From Phormidesmis sp. (GTDB lineage: Bacteria; Cyanobacteriota; Cyanobacteriia; Leptolyngbyales; Leptolyngbyaceae): DNA of 64,000 nucleotides. The stretch spans positions 1,376,001-1,440,000 of the forward strand of contig CBDFJR010000005.1 of NCBI GenBank assembly GCA_965248535.1, given 5' to 3'. Below, piece after piece: positions 20,557 through 28,761 of this stretch. Under the pieces are notes generated by a model that saw only the letters and a program-made list of their open reading frames with translations, had not been told where the DNA came from and made no database searches. A program made the position numbers and the translations under genes. Positions within the stretch are counted from its first letter, which is position 1. Every line of letters starts with the position of its first letter.

Positions 20557-20946
20557 ATGAAAAAGCTTCTCACTCTTACTCTATTGACTGCTGCTAGTTG
20601 TTTTTTTGTAGGTAAAGCTATGGCAGAAACGCCATTACTTATTTACGGGGCTCCGCCAAGAGGACAAGGAACAATCTTTTTGGGTTGTATCAACTGCAAT
20701 CGTTCACATCCAAGCTCTTTGGCAAACAGCATCGGTGACTATGGAAGTCGAATTTCTGACTTAAGTATTTACAATCGCATCGGTGATTATGGAAGTCGAA
20801 TTTCTGATGTCAGTGCTTGTAATTCTTACGCAAGTAGTCCACCCATCGTAGTAAACGGTGATGGCGATGTTGTTGGTTATCTTACTGTAAATAGACGTAC
20901 GAATGGTGTAATTTTAGATCCCCGCATCATTGGTGCTTGTCAATAA
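20557..20946 (+). CDS. Secreted hypothetical protein with duplicated IGDYGSRISD motif
   Basis: Signal peptide (..AMA|E), FLGCINC, 16-aa/48-nt internal repeat, ACN..A..PP. Confidence 0.75.
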   Translation: MKKLLTLTLLTAASCFFVGKAMAETPLLIYGAPPRGQGTIFLGCINCNRSHPSSLANSIGDYGSRISDLSIYNRIGDYGSRISDVSACNSYASSPPIVVNGDGDVVGYLTVNRRTNGVILDPRIIGACQ

Positions 20947-21173
20947 TTAAACTAACTTTTGATACTGCAAGTGGTTATTTTGAATAGGTTTGATTTTTCA
21001 AGATAGTTCCTTGATACAGGACAATAGGCTGTTGCAAAACCGATAAGCAAGCCAGTATGCTCGCCACTCTTCTAGATTATCTTGAATTTCGCGAAACCCA
21101 ACACAAGCTCTGAAGCCAACGATCGCCTCACCCAGCTAAAATAAAAGGGTCAAGTCGCAACGAGATCAAGCCT

Positions 21174-21446
21174 ATGACAGTTCGACAACCCCGCTACAGC
21201 AAAGAAGAATTTGCTCGACGTGGCGATGAGATTTATGAATCTCAGGTTCGCTCTCAAGTTGAAGAAGGCAACCATGGCAAAATTGTGGCAATTGATCTCG
21301 AAACCGGAGCTTTTGAAGTTGATGCCCGTGAAATTGCTGCTTGCGATCGCCTCGAAGCCCGTCACCCAGACGCTCAAATCTGGATTGTCCGCATTGGTTC
21401 CCGCCATGTTCGTCGATTTGGCGGACGCACAAAGAGAGCCGTATGA
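21174..21446 (+). CDS. Small conserved hypothetical protein (partner of clan AA aspartic protease)
   Basis: MTVRQPRYSKEEFARRGDEIYE...GKIVAID.ETG.FEV...RIG; ATGA overlap with the next gene. Confidence 0.75.
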   Translation: MTVRQPRYSKEEFARRGDEIYESQVRSQVEEGNHGKIVAIDLETGAFEVDAREIAACDRLEARHPDAQIWIVRIGSRHVRRFGGRTKRAV

Positions 21447-21820
21447 TCATCGGGATCGTCAACGCGGATTTTGAGCCGATTATTCCACTTTCAGTCTGTG
21501 GCTCCGATGGAACGGTTTGCGCACAAGACGCGATCGTGGACACAGGCTTTAATGGTTGGCTTTCACTGTCTCCAGATTTGATCGCTCAGTTAAATCTGAC
21601 CTAGAAAAGGCGAGGACGAGCCATTCTGGGCGATGGGAGCGAATGCGTTTTTGATGTTTATGAGGCAGTTTTAGTTTGGGATGGGAATCTTTTGACAATT
21701 CCAGTCGATGAGGCTGATTCAGAACCCCTTGTCGGGATGTCGCTGATGGAGGGATATGAGCTAATGGTGCAAGTATTTGAGAGCGGTCGTGTCGAACTCA
21801 ACAAAGTAACCGCGATTTAA
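21443..21820 (+). pseudogene. Clan AA aspartic protease (AF_0612-like) with in-frame TAG at codon 54
   Basis: MIIGIVN...AIVDTGFNGWLSL...NLT*KRRGRAILGDGSE...PLVGMSLMEGY; TAG at 21602-21604; frame continues to TAA 21820. Confidence 0.85.
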
Positions 21821-21953
21821 CAAGTCATTGCACGTCGATCGTATCGAGTTATCTAGTTAAGTCTTGGATGTAATCGCTCTATTTCCATTCTTGATCGAAG
21901 TCGTTTAGTGTTCACCTTTATTTTTTGTGTACAAATGTGCATACAATTGAAGC

Positions 21954-22220
21954 ATGGTGTATCAATGGGACAACTACAAAGCAGCGGCTAATCTTCGCAA
22001 ACATGGGATTGATTTTGCCGATGCTGTGCTTGTTTTCTCAGATGACCTTGCCATTACAGTGACAGACGATCGCTTTGACGAAAGGCGATTTATCACGATC
22101 GGAACCGATGCCTTGAGCCGAGTGCTTGTGGTTGTCTACACCTACCGAGAAACTGCGATTCGACTGATCTCGGCTCGGTCTGCAACTCGCCAAGAACGCA
22201 GACAATACGAAGAGGGCTAA
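21954..22220 (+). CDS. brnT: BrnT family toxin
   Basis: YQWDNYKAAANLRKHGIDFADA...ERRFITIG...IRLISARSAT..ER.QYE. Confidence 0.92.
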   Translation: MVYQWDNYKAAANLRKHGIDFADAVLVFSDDLAITVTDDRFDERRFITIGTDALSRVLVVVYTYRETAIRLISARSATRQERRQYEEG

Positions 22221-22486
22221 TGATGGAACCAGAATACGACTTTAGCAAGGGGCAACGAGGAGCGATCGACCCATCGGGCGCTGGAAAAACCCGCATCACG
22301 ATTCGGATCGATGATGCAGTATTAGCTTGGTTTAAAGAACAAGTTCATTTGGCAAATGGCGGCAACTACCAGACCTTGATTAATGAGGTTCTCAAAGCCC
22401 ACATTCAACAGCAGCACGAGCCTCTAGAAGACACACTGCGACGAGTGTTGCGAGAAGAACTAGACCGCATTGAAAAACAGGTATGA
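22220..22486 (+). CDS. brnA: BrnA family antitoxin
   Basis: EYDFSKG.RG...KTRITIRIDDAVLAWFK...YQTLINEVL. Confidence 0.9.
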   Translation: MMEPEYDFSKGQRGAIDPSGAGKTRITIRIDDAVLAWFKEQVHLANGGNYQTLINEVLKAHIQQQHEPLEDTLRRVLREELDRIEKQV

Positions 22487-22633
22487 GCGTGAGTGCGTCA
22501 GACCTAAGAGTCAAAGTTAAGGTTTAGATGCGATCGCTCCCTATCCCCTTCCCGATCGCTTTGCATCTAGATTGATGGAGTTGGGAAACCGCCTGAATGG
22601 AGACTATCAGAGTCATCACGGCTCCCCAACATC

Positions 22634-23005
22634 CTATAGTTGAATCGTGGTTTTGCTGGGCACCTCCTCTACTTGTATTAGGGAACCACTACCCAGAACA
22701 ATGTTGAACTTCACAAGTGATCGTTCTACTTGATATCCGGGCAACACTCGCACAATCTGATACTCTGTGGTCAGATCACTGGTGCCATCCCACTTCAGCA
22801 ATGCTAGTTGATTAGATGAGATTTCACTCAGTTGGGAGACAAACTCTTCAATGCTGTCGCTAACATCCGAAACAATGCCAGACGACACAAAGAGATAACG
22901 CTCTTGCAAATCCAAAGTCACACTGACTCGATAACGCTTTTCCACCGAGCAACGCAACTCAATGGTGAACGAAATCGAGCTAGGAACGATCGTCCTAACT
23001 GCCAT
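22634..23005 (-). CDS. Orphan hypothetical protein (123 aa)
   Basis: ORF preceded by AAGAGGAC RBS-like sequence; no family recognised. Confidence 0.5.
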   Translation of the reverse strand: MAVRTIVPSSISFTIELRCSVEKRYRVSVTLDLQERYLFVSSGIVSDVSDSIEEFVSQLSEISSNQLALLKWDGTSDLTTEYQIVRVLPGYQVERSLVKFNIVLGSGSLIQVEEVPSKTTIQL

Positions 23006-23022
23006 AGTTTCTGTCCTCTTAG

Positions 23023-23142
23023 TTAAGTTAAAGAGGACAAAAACACGGATCTCTCAGATATTGGGTTGGGGTGAAATCTGTATGCAGGATCTTGATTCCA
23101 GCCTTTCAAGATCCCATAGCAAAGCTGACGGTGTACAATCAT
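23023..23142 (-). CDS. Putative 39-aa upstream ORF (MIVHRQLCYGILKGWNQDPAYRFHPNPISERSVFLSSLT)
   Basis: Perfect AGGAGG 5 nt before the ATG; stop codon lies in the loop of the hairpin covering the next RBS; below the ORF-track cutoff. Confidence 0.5.
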   Translation of the reverse strand: MIVHRQLCYGILKGWNQDPAYRFHPNPISERSVFLSSLT

Positions 23143-23343
23143 GAACGCCTCCTGAGTTATTTGCGGTAACTAGGGATGGAAGTCCTCGGAGTCTGATTTG
23201 GCCGATCAGATTTCCGGGGCACAACTCCATCACTGCGGTGTATTGTACTAGAGTTTTTTGTTTTTTGGAATGCTGAATTTTTTGGAGAGCGATCAAGCCG
23301 CTCGCGCAAATAGAAATCTATAGGCGATGGGCAACTTTTTCTT

Positions 23344-23427
23344 AGCCCCCTCAAAAAGGGGGTTTGGGGGATCGCATCGTCGGAGGCACGATCCAGAGAT
23401 CCCTAAATCCCCCTTTTTAAGGGGACT
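23344..23427. repeat. Cyanobacterial small dispersed repeat pair (CCCCCT-AAAAAGGGGG type), inverted
   Basis: agccccctcaaaaagggggtttgggggatc ... gatccctaaatccccctttttaaggggact. Confidence 0.7.
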
Positions 23428-23461
23428 TTGATCTGTCCTACTGTACTGGCGAAATGCGCGA

Positions 23462-23719
23462 TCAAGATCCCTTTTGGTTTTGCGATCGGAACCGTCCCGA
23501 TAGAAAGTCTCGCTTTTTGAGGTGTTTAGTCCCTCGCCCAGTGACTCGCTCACGCCACATCCGAAAACTGGAGGGTTTCATCTCGCGACGCATCAGCGCG
23601 ATCGTTTGTGACTCAGTTAAGCCAAACTGAAGCTCGATCGCTTCAAAGGTCGTCCGGTCTTCCCACGCCATTTCGAGAATGCGATCGAGGGTTTCGCTCT
23701 CTAATTCTGGTAAATCCAT
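23462..23719 (-). CDS. TIGR03643/DUF2805 family protein
   Basis: RILEMAWEDRTTFEAI..QFGL.E...MR..MKPSSFRMWRERV.GR.TKH. Confidence 0.9.
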   Translation of the reverse strand: MDLPELESETLDRILEMAWEDRTTFEAIELQFGLTESQTIALMRREMKPSSFRMWRERVTGRGTKHLKKRDFLSGRFRSQNQKGS

Positions 23720-23744
23720 CAGATCAAAAAGATAAATCGCTGGA

Positions 23745-24350
23745 CTAGTTTACAGGAATAAGTTTGCGGACTTCTGCGATCGGGTTGACCGACTCAACTT
23801 CTGGAAAATGCTTATCTACTAAATCAGGAATTTCGCTGGCACCAATTTTGCAATAGCGCGTTTTACCCGGCATCACGACATTAGGGCCTTTGCCGCAGTT
23901 TTTCATGCAGCCTGTGCCTTTGATGGTGACGTGATCATCTAGCCCACGATCGCTGAGTGCTGTCTCTAGGGCTTGACAAATGGCTTTGCCGCCGCGCTTC
24001 ATGCAGCCCGATTTTTGACAGACGAGGATCGTTTCTGACGATTTTTTAACCGCAGGCTTGGGCTGGGCAATTGGGGCAGTGGGAACGATTGGTTCGATAA
24101 AGTCAGCTTTAAATCGGGTGGTGTGAGTGTCTCGATCGAGCTTCTTTCTACCAGACACGCGCACCCAATCACCCGCAACCAAGCCATGACTTAAGCCAAT
24201 TCGCGCTTCTTTGGTGAGCTTAATTGAGCATTCACCCTCGGCGGTGGCAAGCTGAAATCGCTTAATTTTATGACCCGCTTCGGTCTGATATCCCAAAAAG
24301 CGCCCTTCTAAGCTGAACGGGGTCACTTGGCTCGTCTTAGATTTTCCCAT
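23745..24350 (-). CDS. Thioredoxin-like (2Fe-2S) ferredoxin domain protein
   Basis: ILVCQKSGCMKRGG...TGCMKNCGKGPN with an N-terminal OB-like segment. Confidence 0.88.
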   Translation of the reverse strand: MGKSKTSQVTPFSLEGRFLGYQTEAGHKIKRFQLATAEGECSIKLTKEARIGLSHGLVAGDWVRVSGRKKLDRDTHTTRFKADFIEPIVPTAPIAQPKPAVKKSSETILVCQKSGCMKRGGKAICQALETALSDRGLDDHVTIKGTGCMKNCGKGPNVVMPGKTRYCKIGASEIPDLVDKHFPEVESVNPIAEVRKLIPVN

Positions 24351-24413
24351 TGTCAAACTCCGATGTGATCAAATTGCTAGACGACGTGTTTTTTAGAAGA
24401 CTGAACCCTGTGC

Positions 24414-24492
24414 ATTATTGCAAGTAATATTCAATAATGCGGCTATCTTAACCTTACAACAAACTTTTTTATTTGCAAACTATTCTCATTAA
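24414..24492. promoter_or_regulatory. Two Fur-type (iron) boxes upstream of the 2Fe-2S gene
   Basis: ATTATTGcaagtaatattCAATAAT palindrome (24414-24438) and tttgcaaactattctcattaa (24472-24492). Confidence 0.6.
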
Positions 24493-24584
24493 GAATATAG
24501 GCATTGAGGGCAAAGATCATCCGCCATCAAGAGTATCTAGGGTTGTCGTGCGATAGTGAGTTGGCAGCAATCTTTGAAGGAACT

Positions 24585-25367
24585 ATGTCTGCAACTACTC
24601 CGATCGTGCTCGCGCTAGATTTTGATGGCGTTATTTGTGATGGACTGAGAGAATACTTTCAAACCGCATGGCAGGCCTATTGTCAGATTTGGCAGCCTGA
24701 TGATGAGACTCCGAACCCAGCGCTAGCGCCTCAGTTTTATCGGTTGCGCCCTGTGGTTGAGACGGGTTGGGAGATGCCAATTCTGATTAGGGCGCTGGTC
24801 TTAGGCATCGAAGAAAGCAAGATTTTGCAGGATTGGGCCCCGATCGCCGCTCAAATTATCGCTGATGACGAGTTAAATGCTACTAACATCAGCGCGATCG
24901 TGGATGGCCTTCGCGATCAGTGGATTGCAGCAGATTTAGAGGGCTGGTTAGCCGAACACCGCTTCTATCCGGGGGTAATTGAGCGACTGCGCGGAGTCTT
25001 AGCGAGTTCAACGGATTGCGTGATCATCAGTACCAAAGAAGGTCGCTTTATTAAACAACTGTTGCAACAGCAAGGGGTGAGTTTATCCGATCACCAAGTT
25101 TATGGCAAAGAAGTCAAACGTCCGAAATATCAAATTCTTAAAGAGCTAACGCTTGAGTATGGGGAGACGACTCCGATTTGGTTTATTGAGGATCGGTTGA
25201 AGACTTTAGAATCGGTTAAGAATCAGCCGGGATTGGAGAATGTGACCTTGTTTTTGGCCGACTGGGGCTATAACACGATCGGCGATCGCGACTCGATTCT
25301 AGACGACGATCACCTTCACCTTTTATCTTTAAAACAATTCACGCAAGAGTTTGCGGTGTGGATCTGA
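24585..25367 (+). CDS. HAD family hydrolase
   Basis: LDFDGVICD, STKE, FIEDRLKTL, LADWGYN. Confidence 0.9.
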   Translation: MSATTPIVLALDFDGVICDGLREYFQTAWQAYCQIWQPDDETPNPALAPQFYRLRPVVETGWEMPILIRALVLGIEESKILQDWAPIAAQIIADDELNATNISAIVDGLRDQWIAADLEGWLAEHRFYPGVIERLRGVLASSTDCVIISTKEGRFIKQLLQQQGVSLSDHQVYGKEVKRPKYQILKELTLEYGETTPIWFIEDRLKTLESVKNQPGLENVTLFLADWGYNTIGDRDSILDDDHLHLLSLKQFTQEFAVWI

Positions 25368-25397
25368 GACCCTAAACGATCCGCAAACACTCGTGCT

Positions 25398-25973
25398 CTA
25401 ATCAGTTTGAGCCAGTTTTGCAGAATAAATGTGCCAAGTGCGATCGTCGGCTGAGGTTCCATCAACAAGCGATCGACGTAAGACATAAGTTCCTTTAAAG
25501 TGCTGCACTGTCTGGTTTTTAGTTGTTGCGGTTAGCATCACCGGAACCCTGACATATTGCGACCCTGCCGCGCCTTCTATTTGACTCGGTTCGCTAATGT
25601 TGACTTGAGTAGAGGTCGTTTCTGCAAAGCCGTTTTTAAACGCCTCAAAGGTCTGATGGCTGGCCGAGCCGTTGTCTTGCCAGGCGCGATAGGCTTGAGC
25701 ATAGTCTCGGCGATCGAGGGCATCATAATATCCCTGAATGACCGCAACCGCGTTGTCAGACTCAGAACGGGTGTCTTGAGCGACAGCCTTTAACGGGGAA
25801 ACGGTCACCGCAGAAGGCTGTGCAGGAGTGGGAGTTAAAGAGGGAGTCGGCGCGGTAGTGGCTTGCAGACTAGGTGCAGGGCTGCTCTGAAGGTCTGGAT
25901 TTTGAGCCGAACTACAGCCTGACACCCAGCCAAGCGCTAACACGCTGATCGTTAGAAAATGAGAGGTTTTCAT
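25398..25973 (-). CDS. Hypothetical lipoprotein
   Basis: Lipobox VSGC, P/T linker, YYDALDRRDYAQAY..W, EGAAGSQY. Confidence 0.8.
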   Translation of the reverse strand: MKTSHFLTISVLALGWVSGCSSAQNPDLQSSPAPSLQATTAPTPSLTPTPAQPSAVTVSPLKAVAQDTRSESDNAVAVIQGYYDALDRRDYAQAYRAWQDNGSASHQTFEAFKNGFAETTSTQVNISEPSQIEGAAGSQYVRVPVMLTATTKNQTVQHFKGTYVLRRSLVDGTSADDRTWHIYSAKLAQTD

Positions 25974-26433
25974 AGAGATTTTTATCGATAAAGCTGCGGT
26001 GTCGATTGAGCGGATTTTCGTAGAGCCTAAAGCCAGTGCTTAGGTCTATTCTATCGGACTGGATACACGCTGAAACCTGCCAGTTTCGCACTAGTGAATA
26101 GGATTGATAAAGTCTCTCTCTACAGAAGCACTATCACTACATCTTTAGAAAGAGAACACTCAGGTTCTAATTGATTAAATAGCTCGATAACGGTTAAGGT
26201 TACAAATTTGGAAACATAAAAAATCTTCGATTCGATAAAAACTATAATCCTAAATCCCAATCAGTAATTTGCTGAATGAATCAATCTTTGGATGTGGGCG
26301 ATCGTGGTTTTATCAGTGGTTTTATCAAAGGCTTTTAATCAGTCATGCCATCGCTTTAGCAAATTATCGATTGCTAAAAGTTTGATTACCCAATTCAAAC
26401 CGCTATGCTGTTAGAGAGACACTACACAACCTC

Positions 26434-27669
26434 ATGCTTGACCTGACCAAACTCGCGCAGCAGATGCAGGGCATTAGCCAACACCTCACCGTTGAAGCAG
26501 TGGCAACCCGGCAGCGCCTAGAACGGGCCCAATTTTTGATCGAGCAAGCCCGATCGCACCAAGAAGAACTAGTCGAACTACAAGAAACATGGCGCGATCG
26601 CTTGATTTTCACTGCCGCCACCCCGATCGAGCCGTTAGATACCTACCTCGACATTAGTCCGGCTCCGGTAGCACACACCGCGATCGCCACAGACGGCTCT
26701 CAAATTGCTCCCAGTCACCACGAGATCGCCTACTGCTATCTGATCAACGTCGGGCGCATCGTCTTGCACTATGGGCAAAGCAAACTGCCGCTTTTAGACA
26801 GCCTCCCCGAAGTGTTTTATCGCCCCGAAGATCTCTACGTCTCTCGTCAGTGGGGCATTCGCACCGAAGAATGGATGGGCTATCGCCGCACCGCGTCTGA
26901 AACGACCATGTTGGCAGAGCTTGCCAGTGCTCTCAATGACGAAGGCAGACGGCTGCAAATGCGCGAACAGGGAAGTCTTGCCCCCCAACCCTCGTTTATT
27001 ACCCATCCCTCAGTGGCGATGGTTGACGGCTCTTTAATTCACTGGTTTTTAGAGCCGATGCCCCACGAAGCGAGAGATATGATTCTCACGCCCATTCTCA
27101 AAGCGTGGGATCAGCTACGATCGCTCCGTGTCCCTTTAGTGGGCTATATCAGCGCCTCTCGCAGTGGCGAAGCGCTAAATTTTTTGCGATTGCAGACCTG
27201 TCCTTATCTGGCTCCTGACTGTGGCACCCACTGCGCCGGAAAAGCCGAGCGTCCGCCTTGCCAGGTGCTTGACCCGCTCAAAGACACCGCGCTTTGGGCC
27301 AAGCTTTTACAACCCGGACAGCGCAGCCCGCTCTGGCGCAGTTCTGCCAAAATCTTAGATTTGTATGGCGAGCACACCATTCACTTTTGCTATGTGAATG
27401 TCGGCAGTGAGATTGCGCGGGTTGAGGTTCCGGCTTGGGTTGCCCACGATGAAGAACTTTTAGACTCGGCGTTAAGTCTAACGCTGGCCCAAGTGCAAAA
27501 AGGCTATGGCTATCCGGTGGCGTTAGCAGAAGCCCACAATCAGGCCGTGGTGAGAGGCGGCGATCGCTCTCGTTTTTTTGCGCTGCTAGAGCAACAAATG
27601 ATCCGGGCAGGCTTGCGAAACGTCGGCACCTCCTATAAAGAAACTCGCAAACGGGGCAGCATTGCTTGA
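26434..27669 (+). CDS. nurA: NurA family nuclease
   Basis: ATDGSQI, MVDGSL, GYIS, GYPVALAEAHNQAVV. Confidence 0.9.
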   Translation: MLDLTKLAQQMQGISQHLTVEAVATRQRLERAQFLIEQARSHQEELVELQETWRDRLIFTAATPIEPLDTYLDISPAPVAHTAIATDGSQIAPSHHEIAYCYLINVGRIVLHYGQSKLPLLDSLPEVFYRPEDLYVSRQWGIRTEEWMGYRRTASETTMLAELASALNDEGRRLQMREQGSLAPQPSFITHPSVAMVDGSLIHWFLEPMPHEARDMILTPILKAWDQLRSLRVPLVGYISASRSGEALNFLRLQTCPYLAPDCGTHCAGKAERPPCQVLDPLKDTALWAKLLQPGQRSPLWRSSAKILDLYGEHTIHFCYVNVGSEIARVEVPAWVAHDEELLDSALSLTLAQVQKGYGYPVALAEAHNQAVVRGGDRSRFFALLEQQMIRAGLRNVGTSYKETRKRGSIA

Positions 27670-27687
27670 GTCTGCGGGGCTGCGGTT

Positions 27688-28086
27688 CTAATCAGGTGGC
27701 AACAGCGCTTTGATTTGATCGACAAACGCCTGGTGATCGATCACGGGTTTTGAGATGTAGTCATCGGCACCGCTCTGGCTGAGAAACTTTTCGCGATCGC
27801 CCTCCATCGCGTAAGCGGTCAGCAGAATCACAGGCAGTTTCATGGTCAGTGGGTTTGCCTTCAGCAGGCGCGTAATCTTGATGCCATCCATCACTTTGCC
27901 TTCATAGACACTGCGCGTCAGCGAGACATCCATCAAAATCAGAGCCACCTCTCCCGACTGGGCGATTTGGATCACCTCCGCCACGTCTTCGGTGTGCTTA
28001 ATTGCCAGTCCGCCGCGCTTGATCAAAACTTTTGAGAAGACGCGAACATTGGTCGGGTCATCCTCCACGATTAGAATAGTGGTCAC
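27688..28086 (-). CDS. Single-domain response regulator (DivK-like), copy 2
   Basis: ILIVEDD, LMDVSL, TAYAMEGDRE, ISKP. Confidence 0.9.
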   Translation of the reverse strand: MTTILIVEDDPTNVRVFSKVLIKRGGLAIKHTEDVAEVIQIAQSGEVALILMDVSLTRSVYEGKVMDGIKITRLLKANPLTMKLPVILLTAYAMEGDREKFLSQSGADDYISKPVIDHQAFVDQIKALLPPD

Positions 28087-28209
28087 TGAAAAGTCCTCTC
28101 TACAGGGTGATCAGCTAAAGAAATTAAGGTCATAACTTGCTAAAATTAACTTAAAGTAGTACTACTGTATTTACACCCTTGGGAGGAAGAGGTTCCCGCG
28201 ATCGCGCCA

Positions 28210-28605
28210 TCACCCAGGCAGCAACGCCAGCACCTGATCAACAAACGACTGGTGATCGATGACGGGTTTTGAAATATAGCCATCGGCACCGCTCTGTTGA
28301 AGAAAACTTTCTCGATCGCCCTCCATCGCGTGAGCCGTCACCAGCACGATCGGAATCGTTGCCGTTTGAGGATCAGCCTTTAAAAGCTGAGTCAGTTGAA
28401 TGCCATTCATCGGCTTGCCCTGGTAGGCACTTCTAGACAGCGACACATCCATCAAAATGATGTCCGCCTCTCCCGACTGAGCCACCTGAATGACCTCTGC
28501 CACATCTTCGGTATGCTTGACAGCTAACCCACCCCGATTAGTCAAAATCTTGGAGAAAACACGAGCATTTATCAAATCATCCTCCACAATTAAAGCGGTC
28601 TTCAT
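28210..28605 (-). CDS. Single-domain response regulator (DivK-like), copy 1
   Basis: LIVEDD, LMDVSL, TAHAMEGDRE, ISKP. Confidence 0.92.
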   Translation of the reverse strand: MKTALIVEDDLINARVFSKILTNRGGLAVKHTEDVAEVIQVAQSGEADIILMDVSLSRSAYQGKPMNGIQLTQLLKADPQTATIPIVLVTAHAMEGDRESFLQQSGADGYISKPVIDHQSFVDQVLALLPG

Positions 28606-28761
28606 AAGCGCTATCCTCTCGGCGCGAGTCTCACAGGGTTAACGAACGTTGCGATCGAACGACAGAAGCAATAACACCACTCGCAGCGCAACTGTGATAA
28701 GAGTGATTACACTGAAATTAAAACAAACTTTTGTAAAGTTCGGAACAAAGGGACAAGGCTC

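Noticed and set aside
22570..22633. Fluoride (crcB) riboswitch suggested by GATGGAGTT...AAACCGC
   Set aside because: Lacks the pairing of P1 and the GCT(G/A)ATGAC 3' motif; no downstream plus-strand gene; G-U pairs favour a minus-strand hairpin.
23054..23553. ORF-track ORFs of 65-86 aa in this region
   Set aside because: No RBS or recognisable motif; they run across dispersed repeats and hairpins.
26304..26327. 12-bp tandem duplication gtggttttatca x2
   Set aside because: Two copies only; most likely slippage, with no further structure.
28732..28747. NtcA-like TGTA-N8-AACA before the ParC-like gene
   Set aside because: Only 14 nt from the start codon, mismatched, and no functional rationale.
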